Notes under the pieces: model-generated | What the model was told of the DNA's origin: nothing | Database searches by the model: none | The model's input: the letters and a program-made list of their open reading frames with translations, nothing else | Program-made: the position numbers and the translations under genes | Virus record (IMG/VR): IMGVR_UViG_3300045988_098930 | Length of the DNA stretch: 64,000 nt | From: a virus | Strand: one strand, 5' to 3' | Shown here: piece by piece, positions 1 to 9,100 of the stretch | How the letters are laid out: the number at the start of each line of letters is the position of its first letter | Position numbering within the stretch: position 1 is the first letter of the stretch

Positions 1-1
1 C

Positions 2-445
2 GACCGTGAGTGTGTAGACTTAATCTCTAACACAACCGGCAAGACGTTGCCTGCCGCTGATTTGATTCAAACTTCTAAGTCTGTCAATCAGATACACCCG
101 TATGACTTTATGCCGGGGTCAACCGAGCAGGCTGAGTGCCATGTGGGTGTCGAAGTATATGACGATAAAATTATCAATAACGCGGTGGCGAGGTACGAGG
201 TTGATATTTTGATTTTTGTGCCGACTGTGTTGATGGTAATGGACGGCGGCGTGCGGCGTGACGCTATCGCGGCGGCCATAGATAGGCTGATAAACAATAA
301 TCTGTCATTGGGCATAGGTGAAGTTAGACGTATTCCAGGGGCTTGCAAAGAGCCGATGGATGGTTATAGGTTGCGTATTCTGCGGTATCGTGTGGGTAAT
401 TACAACAATCTGGGAGAAACCCTTAATGCCTTTAGATACGATTAA
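2..445 (+). CDS. late structural protein, 5' end truncated by window edge (neck / tail-completion position)
   Basis: Frame stays open from base 2 to TAA 443-445 (track ORF 47..445 begins at an internal TTG). First member of a co-oriented late-gene array. No motif recognised. Confidence 0.45.
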   Translation, partial: DRECVDLISNTTGKTLPAADLIQTSKSVNQIHPYDFMPGSTEQAECHVGVEVYDDKIINNAVARYEVDILIFVPTVLMVMDGGVRRDAIAAAIDRLINNNLSLGIGEVRRIPGACKEPMDGYRLRILRYRVGNYNNLGETLNAFRYD

Positions 446-1157
446 GATGTTTATGGGCGACCCGTATGTGCTGAATGAGCATATTACGATACGCCAGCCC
501 ACATTGCGTGAGATTATTGATTATGGTGAACGCGACTACTTATCTATGGTATCTTTGTTGACTGCGTATCCGTCCGATATGAAATCAGTGCTTTGGGATA
601 TGGGCGTTGACTATACCAAAGTGACAGATTTTGAAGTCTTTGTTGCCTTTTACCGTTTTCTGACTCCCGATAAAACTTCTATTCTATTTGGAGATTTGAA
701 CCTGTCTGCTTTAACTCCTGACACTAATGCTGTTGGCGAGATGTGCTTAGTCGGGCCAGATGGCACGGTGATTGATTGGAATATTCACCGTATGATTTTT
801 GAGTTTTTGGCAACTTCTCACATGATGCAAAAGCAGAGAGAAAAACCGGGCAATGAGCGCACCAAACAGGTGCTTATTGATTGGGACAGAGAAGATCGTG
901 AGGCCGCAGCACGTAAGCCGTATCGGTCTCCATTTGTGTCGTTAATCTCTGCCATGGTAAATAGCGCAGGTTTTAAATACGACCATCAAACAGTGCAGCA
1001 ACTCACCATTTACCAGTTTTATGATGCCGTACAGCGTATTCAGCTTATCAATTCTGCTCAATCGCTATTGTCTGGTATGTACAGTAACCCGTTTATGGAC
1101 AGCACAAAAATAGACAAAAAGTATCTGAACTGGCTGGGTGAGTTTCCTAAAACATAA
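426..1157 (+). CDS. hypothetical late protein
   Basis: In frame with track ORF 318..1157. ATG 426 follows GGGAGA; alternative ATG at 447. Overlaps the stop of the upstream gene. Confidence 0.5.
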   Translation: MPLDTIKMFMGDPYVLNEHITIRQPTLREIIDYGERDYLSMVSLLTAYPSDMKSVLWDMGVDYTKVTDFEVFVAFYRFLTPDKTSILFGDLNLSALTPDTNAVGEMCLVGPDGTVIDWNIHRMIFEFLATSHMMQKQREKPGNERTKQVLIDWDREDREAAARKPYRSPFVSLISAMVNSAGFKYDHQTVQQLTIYQFYDAVQRIQLINSAQSLLSGMYSNPFMDSTKIDKKYLNWLGEFPKT

Positions 1158-1172
1158 ATAAAGGAGAATATA

Positions 1173-1997
1173 ATGAACAAGTCGAGTTTCGTTATTGATA
1201 AAATTCGTCGAGTGCTTTTCTTTGACGGTGCAGATGATGCCGTTCTGTTCAATCTAACCCAGATTGAAGATGTAAGCATGAACGCCACTGTCGACAACAA
1301 TGAAGTTCTGGACGCTATGCAGAATGTCATTATGACTATCGAAAAGGCTAAGAACATGGAGATTGCCGGTAATGCGTCCTTCTTCGATATGGCTCTGCTT
1401 GGCGCTCAGTGGGGTAGTGGTGTTGAGGATTCTTCTGCCACCGTTAAGTTCGCTGTGCCTTGTTTTGAAACTTATATCTACAAGGCTGATGCGGCAACGC
1501 ATGAGCTGAAGCATGAGATAGCCACCGGCAGTCTGGGTACTGGTATAGCCAAGTATGCTTATAAGCTGAATAAGGATGGTTCTATTGCCAAGAAGTATGA
1601 GTACGCTGCTGATACTGCAACTGCGGATAAGTTTAGCATGGCTACTACTGGCAATAAGACTACCTTCACTCCTCCTACTGGCTCTCAGGATGGTGATATG
1701 TTCCTTATCGCCTACGAATACGAGGCCAATGAGACTAATAAGGCTTCTCGCGTTGTTGACAATGCCGAGGTATCTGCTAAGTCTGGCCGTCTGATGATAG
1801 AGTGCCTGTTCCGTGACATTTGTAACAAGGAAATCATGTATTATGGTTACGTTGTATGCGATAACGCTCAGGTAGATGGTAATGTAGATGTCTCTCTGAC
1901 TACCGATGGTAAGCACCCCTTCACTATTAAGGCGATGCCTGCTTATTGTGCTGAGGAGAAGAACCTGCTTACCTTCGTCATCCCCGATGTAGCGTAA
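1173..1997 (+). CDS. putative major tail (tube) protein
   Basis: 274 aa, acidic and Thr/Ala-rich, beta-type composition. Call rests on position in the late array upstream of the tape measure and on size only. Confidence 0.45.
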   Translation: MNKSSFVIDKIRRVLFFDGADDAVLFNLTQIEDVSMNATVDNNEVLDAMQNVIMTIEKAKNMEIAGNASFFDMALLGAQWGSGVEDSSATVKFAVPCFETYIYKADAATHELKHEIATGSLGTGIAKYAYKLNKDGSIAKKYEYAADTATADKFSMATTGNKTTFTPPTGSQDGDMFLIAYEYEANETNKASRVVDNAEVSAKSGRLMIECLFRDICNKEIMYYGYVVCDNAQVDGNVDVSLTTDGKHPFTIKAMPAYCAEEKNLLTFVIPDVA

Positions 1998-2308
1998 TGC
2001 CGAAGCTGGAATGTCAGTGGTGCGGCACTGCTTATGATGCTTGTGTCGATTCGGTTAAATTGGGTTCTTGGCGTGCTTCTGCTTGTTGCTCTGAGCACTA
2101 TCAGGCGAAGATTATTGCGCTGGACCTGCACGCCGGTAATATTACCGTGGATGAGGCGCGGCAAATGTTTGACGCTCTTGGCGTAGACCCCGCGACTGCG
2201 GCTGCGGTTATTGGGCTGGACAAGTGTGTTGCACCGCTATTAAAACAAACTAATGATAAATTAACACCGCAAGCTGTTAGCCGCAAGGAGAAAAAGCGTA
2301 GGCGTTAA
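1997..2308 (+). CDS. hypothetical protein, Cys-rich N-terminus, basic C-terminal tail
   Basis: ATG overlaps the upstream stop (TAATG). CxxC...C...CC pattern. Ends KEKKRRR. Followed by two terminator hairpins. Confidence 0.5.
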   Translation: MPKLECQWCGTAYDACVDSVKLGSWRASACCSEHYQAKIIALDLHAGNITVDEARQMFDALGVDPATAAAVIGLDKCVAPLLKQTNDKLTPQAVSRKEKKRRR

Positions 2309-2314
2309 GATGTT

Positions 2315-2347
2315 AGAGCAATGGATTGACCGCCATTGCTCTTTTTC
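2315..2347 (+). terminator. rho-independent terminator
   Basis: Perfect 10-bp stem AGAGCAATGG / CCATTGCTCT with an 8-nt loop, followed by TTTTT. Confidence 0.65.
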
Positions 2348-2417
2348 GATTATCACTGTAATGACGTGATAATGGAAGAAGGGCAATGGTGCGGCACTTT
2401 GAATGTATGTTTTTCTT

Positions 2418-2453
2418 ATAGGGAAGTACATTCACTGTGCTTCCCTATTTTTT
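2418..2453 (+). terminator. terminator hairpin, copy A of the conserved ATAGGGAAG...CTTCCCTAT-T6 family
   Basis: Stem ATAGGGAAG (2418-2426) / CTTCCCTAT (2440-2448), then a T-run and ACT. Same stem sequence as 26771-26816 and 28693-28730. Confidence 0.6.
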
Positions 2454-2467
2454 ACTTGCATGAAAGG

Positions 2468-2725
2468 ATGAAACAAATGTTGACGATGCCTGCCTGTGGC
2501 GGCATACCATACGATGACGCTGACATGGTGTTCTTGGTTAATAGGAATCAGGTGGTAGCGTATCTGGTAAATGACCCCGCTTTGCATTTGTATGATGTAT
2601 TTCTGGGGTATGATAACAAACTTATTTATGTGTTCCGTAAGGCTGACACCAAAGAGCTTTTTCGTAAATGGAAAAACCATGAGCTATCTGTGCCGCATAT
2701 AGCAGGTGGTGCTTCATGCGATTGA
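2468..2725 (+). CDS. small hypothetical protein
   Basis: ATG 2468 preceded by GAAAGG, in frame with track ORF 2336..2725. The upstream part of the track ORF covers the terminator hairpins. Confidence 0.5.
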   Translation: MKQMLTMPACGGIPYDDADMVFLVNRNQVVAYLVNDPALHLYDVFLGYDNKLIYVFRKADTKELFRKWKNHELSVPHIAGGASCD

Positions 2726-3192
2726 TAGCTACCGATCAGGCTTCTAATGTGTCTGGTGTTGCTGTGTTGGATGATGGTGTGCCAATACATTATGAGGCGA
2801 TTGATCTTTCTAAGGATAAAGACCCTGACCATCGCACTAAAGAAATGTTTTTGTCTATTGTAGCCCTATTTGAGCAATATAAACCCGATTACATTGCTGT
2901 GGAGGGCGTACAAAAACAGGCCAACGATAAAACTATGATTATGCTGAGTGGTTTACGCGGTATGCTCATTGGCTGGGCATATTGCCATTGCATACCGATA
3001 GTAAGTCCTATGCCGGTGGAGTGGCGCTGTGTGTTGGGTTATGCACAAGGGCCAAAGGTCAAACGAGAACAGCTAAAAGAACAAAGCGTCAATTATGTGC
3101 GAGAACGGTTTGGTATTGTCGCTACCGAGGATGAATGTGAAGCCATTTGTATTGGTGTGGCAATGTATTCCCAACTCGCAAATACAAAGTAA
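2716..3192 (+). CDS. RuvC-like Holliday junction resolvase
   Basis: N-terminal MRLIATDQAS (Asp), YIAVEGV (Glu) and DECEAICIG (Asp) match the RuvC/RNase H-fold acidic residues. 158 aa. Confidence 0.7.
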   Translation: MRLIATDQASNVSGVAVLDDGVPIHYEAIDLSKDKDPDHRTKEMFLSIVALFEQYKPDYIAVEGVQKQANDKTMIMLSGLRGMLIGWAYCHCIPIVSPMPVEWRCVLGYAQGPKVKREQLKEQSVNYVRERFGIVATEDECEAICIGVAMYSQLANTK

Positions 3193-3210
3193 AGGAGTTT
3201 TCCTTCATTT

Positions 3211-3837
3211 ATGGCAGATAACGAAGTCAAAGTAGCACTCCCCTCCCCTCTGGAAAATTTGCAGCTCCCCGACCCTGCATTGGTAACGTATTATGACAAT
3301 GCTATCAATCATCGGTGTTTCTGGATAGATTATGACATAGACGAGACCTTGTTAGAGTTGGCGCGGAATATTATAGCCATCAATCGACAGGACAATGGCG
3401 TGCCTGTTGAGCAACGCAAGCCGATTGTGATTTGGGTATTTTCTTATGGTGGAGACTTGGATAGCACTTTCAGCTTCTTGGATATTTGTGCGCTCAGTCA
3501 AACGCCCATTATAACCATCAATGCTGGTATTTCTATGTCGGCTGGTCTGTTGATTCTGCTGGCGGGGCATAAGAGGTATTGTCTGCCTCGTTCGCAGGCG
3601 CTTATACATACAGGTAGTTTGTCGGGCTTGTCTGGCACGTATGAGCAGACTGAGGCGTATATGAACACCTATAAAAAGAGTGTAGAGGTTATGCAGGAAT
3701 TTGTGCTGAACCGCACTCGCATTGATAAGAAAGAATTTTCTAAGAAAAAAGCAAAAGACTGGTATTTAAATGCCGCAGAGCAGATTGAAAAAGGTGTTGT
3801 AGATGAGATACTGGATGATTTGTCCAAGGTAATGTAG
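3211..3837 (+). CDS. ClpP-family (S14) serine protease
   Basis: INAGISMSAGLLIL (Ser motif) and ALIHTGS (His) at ClpP-like spacing. 208 aa. Confidence 0.65.
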   Translation: MADNEVKVALPSPLENLQLPDPALVTYYDNAINHRCFWIDYDIDETLLELARNIIAINRQDNGVPVEQRKPIVIWVFSYGGDLDSTFSFLDICALSQTPIITINAGISMSAGLLILLAGHKRYCLPRSQALIHTGSLSGLSGTYEQTEAYMNTYKKSVEVMQEFVLNRTRIDKKEFSKKKAKDWYLNAAEQIEKGVVDEILDDLSKVM

Positions 3838-3838
3838 T

Positions 3839-5062
3839 ATGGGTGCTTTTTATGACACTTCTGCTTTGCTCATCGCTCAGGAGCAGGCATTTAATAAGCA
3901 TTTCTTCATATCCAGTGTGACGGCGGCAGAACTGGAACATATCAAAACCAGTGATAGCAAGTCTGGCGAACTAAAATATCAGGCGCGTAAATTGGTGCGG
4001 TTACTTGACGAACGTAAAGACGAATATACAGTTGTTGTGGATGATACGGCTGTGCGGGCCGAAGTGGACAAACACTTTATGCCGTTGTCCAACGACAATC
4101 TGATATTAGCCAGTGCGTGTTTAACATCATGTGAGATTGTATATAGCCAAGACTTGTGTATGCGCTTAATAGGCGCACAGGTGTTTGGGCTGAATATGCA
4201 GAGCTTTGAGCGCGTTGAGGATGATGAGGTTTACACAGGTTATAAACAAGTTGTGATGGCTGAATCGGAATATGCGACGTTCTTGAACCAACTGGATGAT
4301 AATCGCTTTGGATGTTTGACAAATGAATATTTAATCTGTTATGCGGATATAGACATGGAAGTACGTGAGTGTTTCCGTTGGACGGGCGACGAATTTGTGC
4401 CGGTGTATAATAAACAACTGCGTTCGGTGTCTATGGGGGACAAGATTAAGCCCAAAGACGAGTTTCAGCGGTGCGCCATTGATAGTCTGATGAACAATAC
4501 TGTCACCTTTATATCTGGTAAGACGGGTTCTGGTAAGACTTTGTTAGCTCTGACTGCTGCTATGCACCTTGTAGACACTTACAAATATGACCGTGTGGTT
4601 ATAGCGAGTAATCCTGTGGCGGTGCGTGGCGTGCAGGCATTAGGTTATTTGCCTGGTACTGTCAATGATAAGCTGTTATCGGGCGCATTAGGCAATATTT
4701 TGACCTCTAAGTTTGGTGATCGGATGCAGGTGGAAATGCTGATTCAGCAGGGCAAGATTCGGTTGCTGGATTTGGCGGCGTGCCGTGGTAGTGAGATTAA
4801 GGATAATGAAATATTGTTTTTGACCGAGTTTGAGAATGTCACGGTTGATATGGCTAAAATCATACTCAGTCGTGTATCGTCTGGCGCAAAGGTGTTTGTG
4901 GACGGCGACTTTATTTCACAAACTGACAGCCATCTGTTTACCGGGGGCAACAACGGCATGAGGCGGTGCATTCAAGCATTTAAGGGCGACCCGCTATTTG
5001 GATATGTAGACCTGCCAAATATTTGGCGTTCTCGTATTGCAGAACTGACCGAAAAGCTATAA
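3839..5062 (+). CDS. phoH: PIN-domain / PhoH-like ATPase
   Basis: N-terminal PIN-like YDTSALL. Walker A GKTGSGKTLLAL. PhoH-type C-terminal half. 407 aa. Confidence 0.7.
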   Translation: MGAFYDTSALLIAQEQAFNKHFFISSVTAAELEHIKTSDSKSGELKYQARKLVRLLDERKDEYTVVVDDTAVRAEVDKHFMPLSNDNLILASACLTSCEIVYSQDLCMRLIGAQVFGLNMQSFERVEDDEVYTGYKQVVMAESEYATFLNQLDDNRFGCLTNEYLICYADIDMEVRECFRWTGDEFVPVYNKQLRSVSMGDKIKPKDEFQRCAIDSLMNNTVTFISGKTGSGKTLLALTAAMHLVDTYKYDRVVIASNPVAVRGVQALGYLPGTVNDKLLSGALGNILTSKFGDRMQVEMLIQQGKIRLLDLAACRGSEIKDNEILFLTEFENVTVDMAKIILSRVSSGAKVFVDGDFISQTDSHLFTGGNNGMRRCIQAFKGDPLFGYVDLPNIWRSRIAELTEKL

Positions 5063-5095
5063 TACCCGACATGGACAAGAATGAAAGGATTAAAA

Positions 5096-5731
5096 ATGTC
5101 AAAAAATATCAACTTTAAGAAGCAAGATGAATGGGTTGCGGCGAAAGTGCCGCAACCTTTTACTTTCGAGTATGAAGGCGAGACGATTGAGGTTAATCCT
5201 GTGTTTTCGCCTGAACAGTGTATGCGCATGGGGGATGAAATTACTGCCATAGTTGTAGGAGCAGATAGGTATTATCCTGAATTGCGCACTTTTGCTCAAC
5301 GCTTATCGGTGGTTAATGCCATTGTAACTAACATCAAGATAGACAGAGACCATATTCTCCGGCATTGGAATTGGCTGATGTATACGGATTTTTATAACAA
5401 GTTGTGGCAAGCGTGCAGTGAAGATGTGCGGGATTTTATACGCAGTCTGTTTGATGCGGCTGAGGAGCAGATTAAACATTTACTGGATATACAACATAAG
5501 AGTGCTGTGGATTTGCTGATGGAGACCCTTTTAGACAAAGCAAATCAGTGGATGGATAAGCAGATTAGTGGTGTCAATGTGGAGTCTGTGCTGCAAGCTG
5601 TGCAAGACCTCAAAGAATTAAACCAAGAAGATAAGTTAGTACTGAAGATACTGGAATTTAGAGATAGGAACGGTGGTGACAATGAAACCGTTAGAGGAGA
5701 GGTTGGCGGAATACCTCAAGAAGAATCCTAA
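5096..5731 (+). CDS. hypothetical protein (upstream of tape measure)
   Basis: ATG 5096 preceded by AAGGA; track ORF starts at ATG 5081. Helical, acidic. Confidence 0.5.
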   Translation: MSKNINFKKQDEWVAAKVPQPFTFEYEGETIEVNPVFSPEQCMRMGDEITAIVVGADRYYPELRTFAQRLSVVNAIVTNIKIDRDHILRHWNWLMYTDFYNKLWQACSEDVRDFIRSLFDAAEEQIKHLLDIQHKSAVDLLMETLLDKANQWMDKQISGVNVESVLQAVQDLKELNQEDKLVLKILEFRDRNGGDNETVRGEVGGIPQEES

Positions 5732-6191
5732 GAAGCTGATGGGCCGTGGTGTTGCACCGCAGGTCCTACAACGGGCAGCAGAGCGTTTTGTGAATATGGC
5801 AGAATTGGCAGCTAATAACGCTATACCGACAACCGGTAGTATTACAGCGGAGGCAAGTGCGGTCAAGATAGATGGTACTACTGCTATGTTTACAGTCGAT
5901 TATGACCACGATACTGCTATGCGTGATAGCTTTTTACCAGACCATAAAAATCCGTATTATTCGAGCGGTCAGGCTGATTTGCTATATTTGTTCAACAATG
6001 GATGGGAGTATGACGATGCAAACGCGCCGTATGGAGAGTGGCGTGGTATGCGCGTTCGCGCCGTTTCGGCTCGTGCAGGATCGCATTTTGTGCAAAAGGT
6101 GGCCGACTTGATGGAGAAGGCTGTGCCGGGATGCACTGTACAAATTAACCCCGCTTACGGAGTGCGTGAACGAGGGGGTGAGCAAGAATGA
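5682..6191 (+). CDS. hypothetical protein (upstream of tape measure)
   Basis: ATG 5682 after GGTGGTG; track ORF starts at GTG 5673. Stop overlaps the tape measure start. Confidence 0.5.
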   Translation: MKPLEERLAEYLKKNPKKLMGRGVAPQVLQRAAERFVNMAELAANNAIPTTGSITAEASAVKIDGTTAMFTVDYDHDTAMRDSFLPDHKNPYYSSGQADLLYLFNNGWEYDDANAPYGEWRGMRVRAVSARAGSHFVQKVADLMEKAVPGCTVQINPAYGVRERGGEQE

Positions 6192-9100
6192 GCAATTACG
6201 ACTTTCAAGTATTTACTCAATTAGTGCCGAGTGGGGCTACTATTTCTGAGCTACGCAAACAGGTACAAGATTATTTCGACAAAAATGCAATCAAGGTCAA
6301 ATTTAGTAATTTTGACCTTAGTGGTGCTGCGTCAGGTACAACTACCAAACAAATTAACGCAACCGCCAATGCGTTGCAAGCGATTAAGCTCTCTCTGCAA
6401 GAAATCAATACGGCGCGGAATAAAATAGTTAAAGCTGGTACTGAGAATACCTCTAACCAAATTCAGGCATACAATAAGCAGATTAAAGATAGTGTTGTTT
6501 CTCTTAAAGAACTAATTAACACGTATGCCAAATTGAATGGTGGTAAGAGCGTTGAGTTCCGAGATTTAACCCCGCTGCTGAACCCTACTGATATTCAAGC
6601 GGCGACTGATGCTTTACGTAGCTTATTGCAAGGCGCAGGCATGAACGGTGCTGCTGTGGAGACAGTGCTGACATCCTTTAAGAAGGGATGCTGGGATGTG
6701 TCGGAGGCAGCGGCTAAAGCGGCTGATGCGGTGCAGAAAATGCACTCAGAAATGGCGGCTAAAGCGTCTGCGGCCACAGCAAAAACCGGGCAATCTGTTT
6801 ACGCTAAATACAATGATATATCTGCGCCGGATATTGCCAATTATACGGTGGATACGACCAAATTGGTGCAAAGTTATCAGGCGGTTAAACAGCAAATTAC
6901 CGACATACAGACCGTACAAAGTTCCGGTGCTAAAGTTTCGCAAGCACAGTGGCAGTTGTTGATTGATGCTGCACAGCAGTATGAAATCGCTCTCAAAAAT
7001 GTCAAGGTCGAACAAAAGGATGCTACGGCAACGCAGAAGAAGGCAGATAAAGAACTGGCCGATTTGGATAAGTTGCAGAACAAACTTATCCAGTTGCAAG
7101 CTACTTTTGGCGAAGGATACTTTAACAACCAAAAAACCATTATTCAGCGTTTAGGTTTGTCGTCTGCCGATGTTACGGACGCTACTGATGCTTTAGCTAC
7201 ATTACGAGCTACTTATGCCCAATTAGAAGTAGCTATAAGCAGCAATAACGCCGCAGACAAGCAGGCGGCAATCACCAATTTACAAACAGCATATCAGGGG
7301 TTTGGAGCTTCATTAAGGAACCTGCAAACTGCCGCTCGTGAGTTAAACAGTTCGCTTAATGCGGGTATCCAGTTCCAGAGGTTAAAATCTCAGGCACAGG
7401 CGTATTTTGACCAATACGCCACGGGTATACAGCGTAATTCACAGCTCACTAAAGAGTGGCGGGAGCTTATTCAGAAAATTGGTAATGCAGACCAGTGGCA
7501 AAACAGTAATCAAGCTGCCGCTGCATTAGATGACCTTAAACGGCGTAGCCAAGCGGCTGGCGTAGAAGTCACTTCACTCAACAAAAAGTTGCGCGATATG
7601 TTTGGTGACACATTATACGGTTTTGCCGTAGCACAGATTACGTCTGTTGCCGCTAACGCCATTCATCAAGTAGTTACCAATGTTGTCGAATTAGACAAAG
7701 CAATGACCGACCTTCAGATAGCGTCAGGTTTGAATCGCACACAGGTTCGTGGTTTATTGGAAGACTACGGGCAACTGGCGCAGGCGATTGGTGCTACCAC
7801 CTTGGAAGTCGCTGAAGCGGCTGATGGTTGGTTGCGTCAGGGTTACTCTATGCAGGAAACGTCAGAACTGATTAAATCCAGTATGATGTTGTCCAAATTG
7901 GGTCAGATGAACTCTGATGACGCAACTAAGGCGCTTACCAGTTCGCTCAAGGGTTATCAGTTACAAGCCAGTAGCGCTACTGATGTTGTTAGTAAATTAG
8001 TGGCGGTTGATATGGAAGCCGCTGCTTCTGCTGGTGGGCTGGCAACTGCGATGTCACAAACTGCGACTCTGGCTGATCAAACCGGCATATCTATGGATAG
8101 GTTGATTGGTATTGTCGCAACCTTGATGGATGTATCCCAGCAGAGCGGAGAAAGTGTCGGTGCAGCCGTCAAGTCCATGCTGGCACGACTTGGCAATATA
8201 AAAGCAGGACGGTTAATTGATCCAGAAACCGGCGAAAGTCTCAGTGACGTCGAAACCGTCTTAAATAATATCGGCGTGAAGTTACGTACCAACGCAACAG
8301 ATTGGCGAGATTACCAAGACGTTCTGGATGATGTAGCTGCGAAGTGGGGTAGTTTGAACGAGACCCAGCAACGTGCGGTCGCTGTTGCATTGGGTCAAAC
8401 CCGTCGTCAGGAGCAGTTTAACATTTTGATGGCGAACTATGACAAGGTTCGTCAATTCACTGAAACAGCAGCTAATGCTACTGGTACTGCTGAACGTAAA
8501 TACCTCAACTACATGGATTCTGTCGAAGCCAAGATTAACACCTTAAAGGCTTCATGGGAATCCCTGTCTCAAACTGTACTTAGCTCAGACTTGATTGTTG
8601 GCGGCGTGCAGTTCCTTTCTCAACTGATACAAGGGTTAGATAAGGTTGTCAGTAAGTTGGGTGCAGTCCCCTCGGTATTAGCTGCGATTAGCCTTGTAGT
8701 AAGTAAGCGCGGCAAGGGCCTGTTCGGTCAAGAGGGATTGTTCACTGCATCCTTGAACAAGAACGGTTTATCTGGCAATTTCTTGGCGCAACACGTCCAG
8801 CGTAATTTCTTAACCAACAAGGATATATCTCTCTTACATCAGTATAATGAAGCTCTGAGTCAGTCCATAGCGGATGGCAACACGTTAGCAGACGCCCATA
8901 CAAAGCTCACAGCAGAGTTGACTAAAGGCTCTGCCGCGTTCCAGCAATATGCTGTGCAGTTGGATGGCACAGGCGACAGCGTAGAGAAAGTCACTGCTAA
9001 GGGATTAAAACTTTCAGATGTGCTGTTAAATGTTGGCAATATGGCGTTAAATATGGCGCTTGGTGCGGCAATTTCGATGGCGATTGGTCTTATCATCAAA

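Noticed and set aside
5641-5731. Possible programmed frameshift between the two ORFs upstream of the tape measure (the classic G/GT chaperone arrangement).
   Set aside because: The overlap would require a +1 or -2 shift, and I see no XXXYYYZ slippery heptamer. The downstream ORF has its own ATG (5682) with an SD-like GGTGGTG.
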